Shown piece by piece: positions 24,990 through 37,569 of a stretch of 64,000 bases of DNA. Made by a program: the position numbers and the translations under genes. Location: positions 31,932,001-31,996,000 of the forward strand of contig CM052818.1 of assembly GCA_028534125.1 (NCBI GenBank). Direction: 5' to 3'. Position 1 is the stretch's first letter. The number at the start of each line of letters is the position of its first letter. Under the pieces are notes generated by a model. It had not been told where the DNA came from. It worked only from the letters and a program-made list of their open reading frames with translations, and did no database searches. Source of the stretch: Lama glama (Eukaryota).

Positions 24990-27900
24990 ATCTATGTTTT
25001 CCCTGACAATTGTCTAACACAGACCTAAGGCCTTTTCCTCCAAGACCCCTGCTTGTCCTTCTTACCACCATCCAACTTGAGACCTCCCTCAGTGACTCCC
25101 TCTTTTTGCTTCCTGTCTCTTAGACACCCAGAAATAGCTCCCTGTCCAGGGCTAGGTGCTCCCTGTGTGGTGGGGTGAGTTGTCATGAATAGTCATTTTG
25201 GCACTATTCTTGCCTCATTTTATAGGTGATGGATCTCAGAAACAGAGGGTAGGCATATTCTGGGAAGTGAGAAGTAGGATTAATGGGCTGGCACTCCCAC
25301 CCCTTGTGAGCACCCTAATCCCAATGCTGGCCTTCCTCCAGAAAATGGAAAGCACCAGACATATAGTAGGAGGCACGGCCCCTACCTCCGGGCAAGGAAG
25401 TTATTAATAGCTTGAGACCCTCTCTGACCTTCTGTTGCTTTATCTGTTAAATACAGACAGTCTTCTTGGCTTTACTTACCTCACATAGTCATGGTCATGA
25501 TCATGATCACAAGCTGTATATGAGGTGAGGGTGTGAAAGTTCTTTGTGACTTAAAGAGTGCTGAGCAAAATGTAAGGCTTTAGGGACCAATTCATACCCT
25601 GTACCCAGACCCATTCCAGTTCTTAGAGAGCTCATTAGTTCCAGGTGAAATGAAATGGCATCAAGGGGGCAGATTACTGGCTGCTGGTACCCCCCCCAAT
25701 AACCCCGACTCACCAGTCTGTGGTGCCAAGGGCAGCAGGCAGGCACCCTTAATGTTCACTTAGAAATTCATCTGTAAATACAGTAGTTAGCTCTTGGAGG
25801 ATGAGATTATTGTTCTGAAAATGTTCTAACTGCTGGCTTCACAGATAGGCAGTCTTACATTTTGCAGTATAGTAATGAGAAAAAAGATTTCATTTTTCTG
25901 GTTTGCCTCTGAGTATTGCCTAATTGTCTTCAAAAACAATTGACTTGGTGTTTCTTACTCGGTTTCTAATACTAAGCATACATATTATGTCTCCCAGCTT
26001 ACTTGTCTATTTTCCAGTGTTACTTGGGGAGGGTTAATTTCCTTAAAGTTGTTTGTTCCCTGGAAATGCCACCTTTAAGGGACATCGAGGCTGAGCCCAT
26101 GGAGATGAACAGGGAAATAGAGAGCTGTGTGATTTACTGAGGCATAGATCCATGGAATGGTTTGGGCCCCCTCCGACAGCCTTGACCTCCAAACTTGGGA
26201 TCACATTATTTATCTGCATAACTGTCTTAAATCTACATTGCGCTATGTAGACAACCCAAAACAATGTTTATTCTATATGAGTGAATCAACAGCAGTGCAG
26301 TCAATTTATTTCTTTTAGTAGGATCAAAAGATAATTTCTACATAATACGTCTGAACAAACATACAGCAATCTGAAGTTGTAGTTAAAAAGGTGAAGACCA
26401 GCACCTTGATAGCCCAATGCTATTTTTATCTCCAATCAAAGCCAGAGACAGTTAAAACTCTATTCAATTTTCCACACCTTGACTGTGAAGAATACCCCAA
26501 ATATGATAGTGGGGTGGTAGACTCATGTAAACAACCAGTTACCATTTTAAGAAGTTAATGACCAATTGCTGGTCATTTAATTATGATTAAACAGCCAGTT
26601 GAATTCAACAAACAAGGGCTTGCTTGATTACATCCAGCGTTTTAGTACTAGCTTGTGGGAGGTCTACCTCTTCTGGCCTATTCCCTGCACAAGTATGCTG
26701 CCTCATGAGCTAAGTTGTTCAGAACATCACGTTAATGGACTTGTGGCAATGGCAGATTTCTTTGGTCTGAATTATGTGGACAGTTGCCCAGATCACCACT
26801 TTGTTTTGCTGGCATGATAAAGCTCATTGAAAGTATCACCCTGAGGTTGCTTTAAAAAAAGATTTGGCATTTAATAAAAGCATTTCCTTACTTGTGTTAC
26901 AGTTGAAGCCATTTAGATAATTAAGAATTCCTTTGAATACATTTTAACTATTTTTAAAAGTTCTCTTACTTTTTAAAAACCCCATTTAGGTTATTTGCAC
27001 ATTTAAGGGGAAAAACTGGACCTACGCCAGAATGCATGGTTTGTGGGTTGATTTAGAGGGAATGGTTATAACTGCCTAAAATATGTCTTGGACTTTTGTC
27101 TTGATCTTCAATCTTCTCCCCTTTTGTCATTGTTGTCATAAACTCATCTGCTAACCAAACAAATTAGTTTCAGTGTTTTCTTTTCCCCTGTCCAGTGTAG
27201 TACAAGGGAATAATAGAACAATCATGGTTGGCAGAGGGACATGGGAAAAACAAAGATCCTGAATAATTTGCCAACTTGATAACCAGCCCCTGGATACAGG
27301 ATTGTCTGTAGAGGGTCCTCCCTGTCCCCCATTAATGATAGGCAAGACCATACAGTTGCCCACTACAATCAGCTTCTCTTTTTATTCAACCTCCATACTT
27401 GACTGAGCTGAAGTGCGTGACTAAGGAAAACATTTGAACTTAATTAGGTTTGGGAGACTTGACTTTGTTTTGTTTTGACATTTAAACCAAGTCAACATTT
27501 GAAGCAGAACTATTTTCTTTGATAGTACAGTTTACCTTATAGAACAAGAAGTATGTTTTGATTTGGATTCTGTTATTATCATTATTATCATGATTATTAT
27601 TTGTGCCCTTCTAGACCTAGGGGTTAAGAAGTTGTTAACTCTGTCATGTCCCGAGCTGATTTGCCCTGTAACTGCAATGCAGTGCGGTGGTAGAAAGAAT
27701 GCTAACACAGGGGTTGAGAGACCAGGGATCCTAGAGATGACTCTTCAGTCAGCAGCTGTAACTCCTGGCTGTGATTTCTCAGCCTCAATTTCCTCAATAT
27801 GAAGTGATGGGTTTCTGGAAGATTTCTGAGTCTCTTTTAAGTTTAATGGTCTGTATACTCCTAGCAAATAGACTCATTTCTTTCATCCTGGAAAAAGAAA

Positions 27901-29439
27901 GAAGTCAGAAATTCAGCAGGAAGGAAGAAAAGAGACAATGAAAATGTTAAGGGAAGAAAAGAAGGCAAAAACGAAGAATAGAGGCCAGTTTCTATTCAAG
28001 TGGCTGTGTTGCTTCTCTGATCCTTGAAGGCTGAAGGTAGCACAACAACAGTGTACACAATTCACAATGCAGGTACAACGTGTACGTCTTGGAGCTGAGT
28101 TCACAGTCATTAAAAGTAAATGAGAAAACTGAAGCATTGCTCAGTAAGGCAGCAATTAGAATGCTCTCACTCTTCCTTTCTTTCTTTCTTTCTTTTTTTT
28201 TTTTTTGTTAACAAAACAGTCTCTGGGACCAAGCGATAGATGACTAGTCATTGGAGCTTTAAAAATTCTTCGCATTTTTCAAATTAGGTGCAGTGAAGGG
28301 GAACTGCAAATTGGGAAAGCAAATGGGTTGTTTCCCATATTTCTTGTTTTCTTCTCTTACTCTTGGTGGGCTACATTTCTCACACCATCTGCTGGGTATT
28401 TATTATATATAGTTTTCTTTTCCTCCATCAGCTAGGTGCAGGAGGCAGTCTCCCTCTGCTCCGTGGTCTTCTTTGGGTTAAAGGTTGCACCTGTCTTGCC
28501 ATCTGTGGGTTCATGGGAGCCTGTGGGTAGGGGTGCTGCTTCAAAACCTTTCCCTCCCAAGGGAAGGAGAAGGCTGTGCATGCCTTTAGGGCTGTTCTGC
28601 TCCTTGCTGTGATTGGGACTCATCTGAATCTAGATGAGAGAGAGAGAGGGAAAGAGTGAGCGAGCAAGCTAGTGCATATGGAATCCAACAGTATGGACAC
28701 TCCTAGCCACAAGGCTCTGCTCTGTTACCACATATCAGAGTTGTGAAATGACTAAGTTAGCTCCTCAAATTGTCTTGCTCAGTACCTAGAGGCCCCAAGC
28801 CTTGGGGAAGTTGTAGTTTTTCCCTTCTGCCTGTATTCCTTGGTGGTGGGGGTGAATGGGGTAGACTTGAGCCAAGGGACTCTTCTTCCATCTCAAAGAG
28901 AAAAATCTGCTGTCAAGTCCAGTGTAGGGGAAATCTGAATGCCTCAGGGCGCTGGCGTTTCTGAAAGATCTCTAGTTGCCAGTGCTTCCCACTGGAAGCT
29001 CCGGGGGCCTTAATCCCAGTTATTTTGTTGGGAGAGGGATTGTAAGGGCTTGTGAGCGAGCAGTCTGTCCCCATGGACCAGCTGCTCCTAACAGGGATTG
29101 TGTTCCATAGCAACTTATTCTCTGTGTAGACCTGAACACCTCCTTCCAACTCACTTTTGTGTAACCACCTTCAATTGCTTTGAAACAAAGTAGGGTATAA
29201 ATAGCAAATAGATTATTGAATAAATGATTCAGATTATTTGCCTGAGCTTCAAGAATTGCTGAAATGATGTAGGTACATGTAAGGATTTGTTCGTCTGCCC
29301 AGAGGGAGGCTAAGGGCTGACTAAACCTGGGATCTTTTCTTTAGCCAGTATGGTAGTGGCTGGACCCACCTTAGGTCTTTCTTCTCTGAGAGATTCATCC
29401 TGCTGTCTTTTGGCCATGAATGCCTTGCCCCATCTTTCA

Positions 29440-29670
29440 CCCTTTTAGACTCAATTCAGATATCACCTCCTCTGAGGGATTTCCCCACTTCCCATGTTCC
29501 TCTCCACCACTTACTTCTAAGCAGTATATACCACAGTGAATTACAGTTGTTACTTTGCATATTTGCCTCCCCTATTTGGAGATAAGGCTTTTGTCCTCTT
29601 TTGTATCCTAAGGCTACACAGTACCTAGCACAGAGAAAATTCCAAACACAGGTGCATTGAGTAAATAGAT
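29440..29670 (+). mobile_element. L2 3' fragment
   Basis: 'gactcaattcagatatcacctcctctgaggga'; 'ttgtatcctaagg...cagtacctagcacagag'. Confidence 0.7.
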
Positions 29671-31529
29671 GTATATATAACATACTGGCCTTGACCATAA
29701 CCATTGACACTATGCCTTATTGGGATCCACTTTTGCATTCCTTGTTCAGATACATGCTCTTTGTTAATGATAATACAATAGTATGTCTCTTTCTCATTTT
29801 GAGATCTTCTTTTATCATGATTTTTTTAATCCATTTTTCTTTTTGGCCAACTGTTCTCTAATTTAAAAATCACCAAAATTCTAGGGTTCTTAAAGTGATG
29901 CTTGGTGAGTCTTTCTAACCCATTTCTTTCCTACAGCCCTGTTCATAACCACGTCAGCATCCTCCTTGCTGCCCTGGCCAGAACTCAGGGGATCATTCAG
30001 GAGGGTTTTGTTTGTTTGCTTGTTTGTTTGTTTAATTTGTTTATTTTTTAAATTAGACTAGAAGGTTTGGAAAATGTTTCTTCTTTAGTCAAAAGAGAAG
30101 TGAAATGAAAAAAACATGGAGAGAAGATCTATGGAAACTTTATTGGTTCTGTTGTAATCTGGTGAGAAATGCCACATCAAAAATAGCTAGCTGGTCCAGC
30201 CAGCAGTTCAGATTTCAGATGTTTTCACACCCCCACATCTCACTGTTTCCTTACAATAGGTCTGTGACAGAGGGAAAGTAAACCTCGATAGTCTTATTTT
30301 CAAGGTGGTTAAATGGAAACTCAGAAAGGCTCAATGGCTTAAGTTCTCATGGATAGTGAGCTCAAAGGCAGGACTTGACTGGGACCCCTGACTGAATGCA
30401 GTGTTCCAGCCACTACACTCCCCCGCTCTCCTTCTTTGTCTTTTTTTTTTTTTTTTCAGGAAAATCCTGCAGAAAGGTCAGGATCCTTCCTCTTCTAGGA
30501 GCAAGCTTTCTGTGCACATTCTCCTTAGGGATGGGATAAAGCCTTCTCTACCAAAGTGGGATCTGAAGGATGGAGTTGTTTGGGTTATTATCATCCTACC
30601 TTTGGATGTCCATGGAGACGTGGCAGTTTCTAGATGTGGTGGCAATTTATAGAACATGGTCAAGGATCATCCCCTACTTCTCAAGAACTTCCGCATTCCT
30701 TAAATGTATATGAAAGTGCTTTTGCTAGAAAGACCTGGACACTGGGAGCAGAGAATTTGTAGTTTGTGATGAGAAGACCAAATCCTACATATTTTCTATT
30801 CAATACAAAATCTATGTCGTGTATGATTTCTAATTTCAGACCAGTGATTCTCATTCCAGAAATATTTGAAACCACAATTTTCTGGCTGCAATTTAAAAAG
30901 GTTCTTAATTTCTTAGGTTTCCTTTCAATGGGATACATATGGATAATTTTGTCACTGTGAGTGAACCTATGGCTGAGAGTACTTGGCTATCCCAAAATGG
31001 AAGGTAACTGATGAAGGTACTAATTTAATAATAAAGCATCTTAAAGTATTTTCACATATGCCACTGAAAAAAAGGATTTGGCTGCGTTGTAGTTATGAAA
31101 ATGGTGGTGGTTATTCCCCTTTTGGATTTAGATTTCTGAGTTTGTTTCCTGATTAACTAATGTAATAAAGGATACGGGTGGGAGTGAGAAATCTATCTTC
31201 CCCCTCTCTTTCCTGGATCAGGGTTTGATGGACTGACAGTGCAATGGACTGACAGTCCATTGCAGTGCTCTCCCTAGTCTTTAACCCTCAGGCAGCTCCC
31301 CCCAACCCCATCTGTAAGACTTACTTACTGACCAGGGAGATCCAAAGCTCACCACCCTACTCTGCTCTGCACATGGTCCCGCCCACTCATTTATGCCTTC
31401 TCTGTTTGCCCCGTGGATGGCCAGGGCTAAAGCCTTGCTTGACTCCAGCTCTTGGGTCAGTGATTGCATGAATAAACAAGTCTAGTCCTTCGGTGAAAAT
31501 GAAGAACTCTTCACATTTCCTGCCTTTTT

Positions 31530-32100
31530 TTAAAGTGTTCAATTCAACACATATTTATCAAGCACCTACCTTGTGCAAGGTTATGGACATGAGTAAGAAA
31601 GAGTCCCTGATCTTAAGGATATTTAAAATCTAATAGTAGACACGTAACCAGTGCATAAGTAGTTTATTCATTCAACAAATATATGGTAAATATTTCTATG
31701 CCAAGCCCTGTCTCAGCATTTGGGGTATATTAATGAATGAGACAAACAAGGTCCCTGTGTGCAGGGAGCCTAGAGTCCAGAAAGGGAGAGAGTGATAATA
31801 AGTTGTAGTAAGTGCTTTGACTGGGGAGAGGATGGGGTGATCTGGGATCTCATAGCCAGGGAGGCTACTCTAATCAACTGGGTCTTAAGAGGGATTCAAT
31901 GGAAAGAAATCAAATATAATTATGGATGGAAAAGGAAAGATCAGAGGATGCTTCAAGAAGTATTTGGAAAAGATCTGAAAGATGAGTGAATCGTAGCAGG
32001 AGGAGAGCATTTTTGGTGGAGGAGATAGTGTGAGCAAAGGCAAGTGAGAAAGCAGAGAATGTGCTCAATAAATAGAGTTATCTGGACTGGTTAGAATATA
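31530..32100 (-). mobile_element. Two adjacent L2 3' fragments
   Basis: 'ttcaacacatatttatcaagcacctacc' and 'attcattcaacaaatatatgg...acaaggtccctg'. Confidence 0.7.
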
Positions 32101-32379
32101 GTGTGTGCGCCCACCCAATTGTGGGTCCAGGACTGTTAATAAATCATTTTAAAATTTAGTTTATTTTTAAAAAATCTTAAAAAATAATTCACATCTGAAG
32201 AAAAGTGGCTAGAATAGTATTATAAATCTCTACAAACACTTCTGTTAGATTTTCAATTATTAACATTTTACTACATTTTTCTCTTTCCTTTCTCCCATAT
32301 ATATACACACATATACATATATATGTACATTGTATACATATATGTGTATACTTACATACTTGTAAAGGAAAAACTCAGC

Positions 32380-33250
32380 TTTTTTCCTTTCTATGTAAGG
32401 AAAAACATAGTTCTTCCCTACTATGTCTTTGTTTATCCTGTGTGTCATTTTTACCTTCACAGAGAACACTTTACTTCTGGTCACCAAATATGTAGAGGTT
32501 TTTCCCCACACCAAACAATTCTCTGTGACACCAGCTGGGTGTTTTATAATTTAGCTCAATTCTGACACTATCCACCTGAAACCAGCATCAGATCGCACAG
32601 GTTAAAGACTCGGTGCCATAAAACTATGACCTCATTCTTCCCTTGGACCCCCATGCCCCACTCCACACAAACTACAGGGGCCAGTTGCAAGCCCAAGTTA
32701 TCACCTGAGCGTCTGACCCACTGGCTATAGATTGGAGGTTCCAATGACCCCCTCCCCCCAAGTTCAATTAGTTTGCTAAAGCAACTCATAGAACTCAGGG
32801 AAACACTTGTTTACATTTACCAGTTTATAAAAAGATATGATAAAGGATACAGATGAACATCCACATGGAAGAGACGCATAGAGTGAGATATGTGCGAAGG
32901 GATGTGGAGCTTCCACACTGTGCCTGAGCACACCACTCCCCTAGCACCTCCATGTGTTCATCAACCCCAAAGTTCTCCAAACCCACTACTACTGGGATTT
33001 ATGGAGGCTTCCTCACATAGGCACGATCAATTATTAACTCCCATTTCCGGTCCCTCTCTCCTCTCTGGAGAATGGAGGGTGAATCTGTAATTCCAACTTC
33101 TAATAATGGCTTGGCCCCCATCCAGGAGCCACCTAGAGTCTCCTCATTTGAACAAAAGATGCTCCTAGTGTTCTTATCACTTAGGAAATTACAGAAGTTC
33201 TGTGCCAGGAACCTGGGGTGGAGACCAATACATATTTATATAATCTATAT
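32380..33250 (-). mobile_element. MER21-type LTR, inserted in an old L1M 3' fragment (about 32170-32379 and 33251-33330)
   Basis: 'gacaccagctgggtg...caattctgacactatccacctg', 'ctggctatagattggaggttcc', 'gaactcagggaaacac', 'tgtgccaggaacctggggtggagacca'. Confidence 0.85.
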
Positions 33251-34329
33251 GTAAATTTTTGTTATTGTTGTCATTGAACCATTTGAGAGTAAGTTGTAGA
33301 TACCATGACTCTATGTCTAGCTCCTAAAACCAAACAAACAGAATTTTATTTGTACTTATTCTTTTACATTAACAAAAATAACTTATTAAAAGATAGCTCA
33401 ACTGCCCCCATGCCAGATATTTGTCATACACATTTCCACACCCTGCCTCTGCCAGCCCCGAGTTTCCTTTCAGTTAGTTCCATCTCCCCCTGCATCTTTC
33501 TGAGCATTGAAATGAACAGCTGCTGAATAGCCAGGTTGCTTGGAGAAAAGAAACAAGTTTAAGCAACTCCAAAGTAGTTCGCAGCCTCTGCTGAGTTGGA
33601 GCCGACAGGGCCATCTGTGCTTTCTGCTCATATCTCAGGACTTGAAATAAAATATTCTGAGGCTTAGGAGAAAATGACACAAAATGAATCCATTCTACTG
33701 TCAGAGATCATAATGAAACTGAAGAAGAGGTACAAAATCAATTCATTCTTATTATAATTTCCAGGTTGCCACCTTCCTGTTTGTTCAGATGTGGGTCTGA
33801 TGGCTCAAATTGGTCTTTGGAATATTTAAGGCTTTTTTTGGTCCCTTAATATTAGCTTATCAGTTCCAGTAATTTTACCTTCCAGAGTGAAATTGGCTGC
33901 TAACACTTGGAGGAAATTGTGCTGTATTTTTTTGTAAGTTCTGCTGATCGTCACCCACCAGACTACAGTAAATGTACTTCTGGCTTATTAGGAAGACAGC
34001 TGTGGAGACTGGTTGCTTTATCACAAAACCTCTGGTCATTCTAGGAGGTCTTCCCCAGCAGAGAGAGCCTTTGTCAAGCATTTATCTACTTTTCTTCCTC
34101 CATTATGCCTTAGATCTCTTGCTTAGAGGCAGTCTTCCCATTTCGCTGCTGGGATAGAAAAGAAAAATCAGGTCTGAAACAAGCGATCCTTTTATTCCTC
34201 CTTCAAAGCCATGGGTGTGGGCTTTATAGAGAGAGATTAAGAAAGAAGAGAATGGTAGATAGAGTGACTGAGTTTGAAGATCTAATCCTATTTTTCTTGT
34301 GTTGCAAAGTATAATTGGAATGTGCATCT

Positions 34330-35450
34330 GTATTCTGTTTACAAAACTTTATTGCTTTGATTATAAAAAAACATAGAAAAAACAGAGTAAAATAATAGTC
34401 CATAATTCTAACAACTAAAAATAATTATTTTTAACAATTTAATATTTCTTGTCAGTCTTTACTTTGTGAGTTTTAAACATAGAAATGAAAATATATTACA
34501 CATAACATTTTTAAGATGATATTTTCACTCAACATTACATAAACTCTTAATAAGCATCTTTTTAGAGGTTGCATAATAACTTATCTTGTGAATGTCCATA
34601 ATTTACTTTGTCATTTCATATTTCAGCCAGCAAGTTTGCTTCCTCATTATTCTGGTTTGTTTCATTTTTCCTATAAAGATAGCAGCAATAAATACCCTTA
34701 TGCAAAAACCTTTTATGTTTATATCAGATAATTTTCTTGGGATGGATTTCAGTAAGTTAAATTACTGGGTCAAAAGGTGGGAGCATTGTAAAGACTATTT
34801 ATATTTGTCTTCAGAGAGTTTTACAAAATGCTCTACCAGAACAATTTATACTCCTACTAGCAATATATAAGGATGCTTATCTCACTGAACACTTGCCAGA
34901 GCTGAATATTACTTTAAAAATGTATATTTTAATTTAATAAGTAAAGAAAATGCCGTCTTAGTTTAAATTGCAATTCTTTCTTTACTGGTGAGTTTGAACA
35001 ATTTTTCATGTTTGTTAGCAATTTGTGTGTCTGTATTTTCGGTTACAATCCACAGACCTTTGACCTACTAGTCTTAGTGTTTTTCTAAATTATTTGGATA
35101 TCAGGAATAACCCATGTTTGTTGTAAATTTTTCCAGTTTAAAAGTCTTTTGCATTTTATGCAGTTTTAAAATTTTGTGTGGTTAAATTTTCTTCCTATGT
35201 TATTTAATTTTTAAATTATTTTTAATCTTAGAAAGTCTTCTCTTTTCTAGAGATGCATGGAATACTACTTTATATCCCCATAGAGGTTTTTATGGATTCT
35301 TTTTTAAAAAATATTTTATTCTGTCTGCCTTTTAATGTGAATGATTTGAATTAAGGTTCCAAATGAACTTCTTCCCAGATAGTTACCAGTGGCTCCAGCA
35401 ATATTTATTGACTAATCCTGCCCTCCCAATGAAATTGTGAGTTACTCTAT
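34330..35450 (-). mobile_element. Ancient L1ME-like 3' region
   Basis: AT-rich, with 'aattactgggtcaaaagg', 'caatttatactcctactagcaatatataagg' and 'ttttcatgtttgttagcaatttgt'; appears to resume at about 36400-36500. Confidence 0.7.
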
Positions 35451-35459
35451 TTTTTAAAA

Positions 35460-36392
35460 TCTATTTTTGTATATAGTGGCTAACATTTGCAAATCTCATG
35501 CTTCCAAATTTATCCCTTCCCACCCACTTTCCCCCATAACCATAAAATTGTTTACTACATCTGCAAGTCTGTTTCTGTTTTGTAGATGAGTTCATGGTAC
35601 TTTTTTTCTTTTTCTTTTTCTTTTTGATTCCACACAGTAGTGATACCGTATGGCATTTTGCTTTCTCTATCCTAGCTTACTTCACTTAGCATGATGATCT
35701 CTGGGTCCATCCATGTTAGGTTGTTTACTTGGGTTTGTTCTTGTTTTTTGAGGAAGGCCTATATTGCTATGAACTTCCCTCTTAGGACTGCTTTGCTGCA
35801 TCCCATAGATTTTGGGTGGTTGTATTTTCATTGTCGTTTGTCTCAAAGTATTTTTTACTTTCTTCTTTGATTTCATCATTGACCAACTGGTATTTTAGCA
35901 GCATGGTTTTTAGCCTCCACGCTGTCATTTTTTTTCTCATTTGTTTTTCTGTGGTTGATTTTTTCTTTCATGGCATTGTGGTGAGAAAAGATGCTTGAAA
36001 TAATTTCTGTTCTCTTAAATTTGTTGAGGTTTCTTTTGTGCCAGAGTACATGATCTATTTTAGAGTATGTTCCATGTGCACTTGAAAAGAAAGTATATTC
36101 TGTTTTGGGGGGATGTAATGTCCTAAAAATATGAACCAAGTCCAACTGTTCTATTGTGTCATTTAGTTTCTCCATTGCCTTACTGATTTTCTGTCTGGAA
36201 TATCTGTCCAATGATGTTAATGGGGTGTTAAAGTCTCCCACTATGATTGTGTTCCCATCAGTTTCTTCCTTTATGTCTGTTAGTATTTGCTATATGTATT
36301 TAGGTACTTGTATATTGGGTGCATATGTTTTAATGAGCATAATATCTGCATCTTGTATTGCTCCTTTAATCTTATATAGTGTCCTTCTTTAT
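35460..36392 (-). mobile_element. LINE-1 with ORF2 endonuclease region fused directly to the 3' end (internal deletion)
   Basis: ORF 35876-36241 (GDFNTPLTSLDR...YTFFSSAHGTYSKIDH) is the endonuclease domain; it joins the ORF2 end and 3' UTR at 35715-35717. Confidence 0.9.
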
Positions 36393-36508
36393 CCCCCTTC
36401 CCTGCATTAATTTTCGTTTCCCAAAAAGCTTATTTTAAACTGCTTGTTATAACAGGAATTTTAGAATAGTTTTTCTAAGCTCCAAAGAAAATCTGTTGGT
36501 GTTACTGG

Positions 36509-37421
36509 TTTTTTTTAAACTTTTTTAATTGATTTATAATCATTTTACAATGTTGTGTCAAATTCCAGTGTTCAGCACAATTTTTCAGTTATACATGAAC
36601 ATATATATATTCATTGTCACATTTTTTTCTCTGTGAACTACCATAAGATTCTGTGTATATTTCCCTGTGCTGTATAGTATAATCTTGTTTATCTATTCTA
36701 CAGTTTTGAAATCCCGTCTATCCCTTCCCACCCTCCGCCCCCTTGGCAACCACAAGTTTATATTCTATGTCTATGAGTCTACTTCTGTTTTGTATTTATG
36801 CTTTGTTTTGTTGTTGTTGTTGTTGTTGTAGTTGTTTTTGTTTTTGTTTTTTAGATTCCACATATGAGCGATCTCATATGGTATTTTTCTTTCTCTTTCT
36901 GGCTTACTTCACTTAGAATGACATTCTCCAGGAGCATCCATGTTGCTGCAAATGGCATTATGTTGTTGGTTTTTATGGCTGAGTAGTATTCCCTTGTATA
37001 AATATACCACATCTTCTTTATCCAGTCACCTGTTGATGGACATTTAGGCTGTTTCCATGTTTTGGCTATTCTCCAAGGAAGACATACAAATGATCAAAAG
37101 GCACATGAAAAAATGCTCAATATCACTAATTATCAGAGAAATGCAAATCAAAACTACAATGAGGTATCACCTCACACCAGTCCGAATGGCCATCATTCAA
37201 AAATCCACAAATGACAAATGCTGGCGAGGCTGTGGAGAAAGGGGAACCCTCCTACACTGCTGGTGGGAATGNNNNNNNNNNNNNNNNNNNNNNNNNNNNN
37301 NNNNNNNNNNNNNNNNNNNNNNNNNNNNNNNNNNNNNNNNNNNNNNNNNNNNNNNNNNNNNNNNNNNNNNNATATATCCAGAAAGAACCCTACTTCAGGA
37401 TGACACCTGGACCCCAATGTT
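36509..37421 (-). mobile_element. Young LINE-1 with 5' inversion (twin priming)
   Basis: 3' end on minus (36509-37070) and an ORF2 segment on plus (37068-37421: [17 protein letters not shown]...HCWWE); TSD tgttggtgtta(c/t)tg at 36494-36507 and 37418-37431. Confidence 0.95.
37272..37371. other. Assembly gap (100 N)
   Basis: N run; the homologous stretch in the 14-kb L1 is about 93 bp. Confidence 1.
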
Positions 37422-37489
37422 GGTGTTATTGTTGGAATCATTAAACCTATACCTGAGTTAGCCTTCTTCAAGATTCCAAGTTAACTTTT

Positions 37490-37569
37490 CCCCCCTTTAA
37501 TAGCAGCACTGGGGACCTTGTGCATGCTGAGCATACATTCTACTACTGAGCTATATACCTCCACCCACT
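37490..37569 (-). mobile_element. tRNA-derived SINE (camelid vic-1-like) with the B box deleted
   Basis: Minus strand reads 'ggaggtatatagctcagtagtagaatgtatgctcagcatgcacaaggtccccagtgc' with A box TAGCTCAGTAG; 12-bp TSD aagttaactttt at 37478-37489 and 37570-37581. Confidence 0.8.

Noticed and set aside
29905..30005. Strong-looking branch point, pyrimidine tract and CAG at 29936
   Set aside because: No good donor follows and the open frames give no recognisable peptide. The upstream GTGAGT is too close to form an intron.
37490..37569. tRNA gene
   Set aside because: The B box and T arm are missing and a TSD flanks it, so it is a SINE copy.
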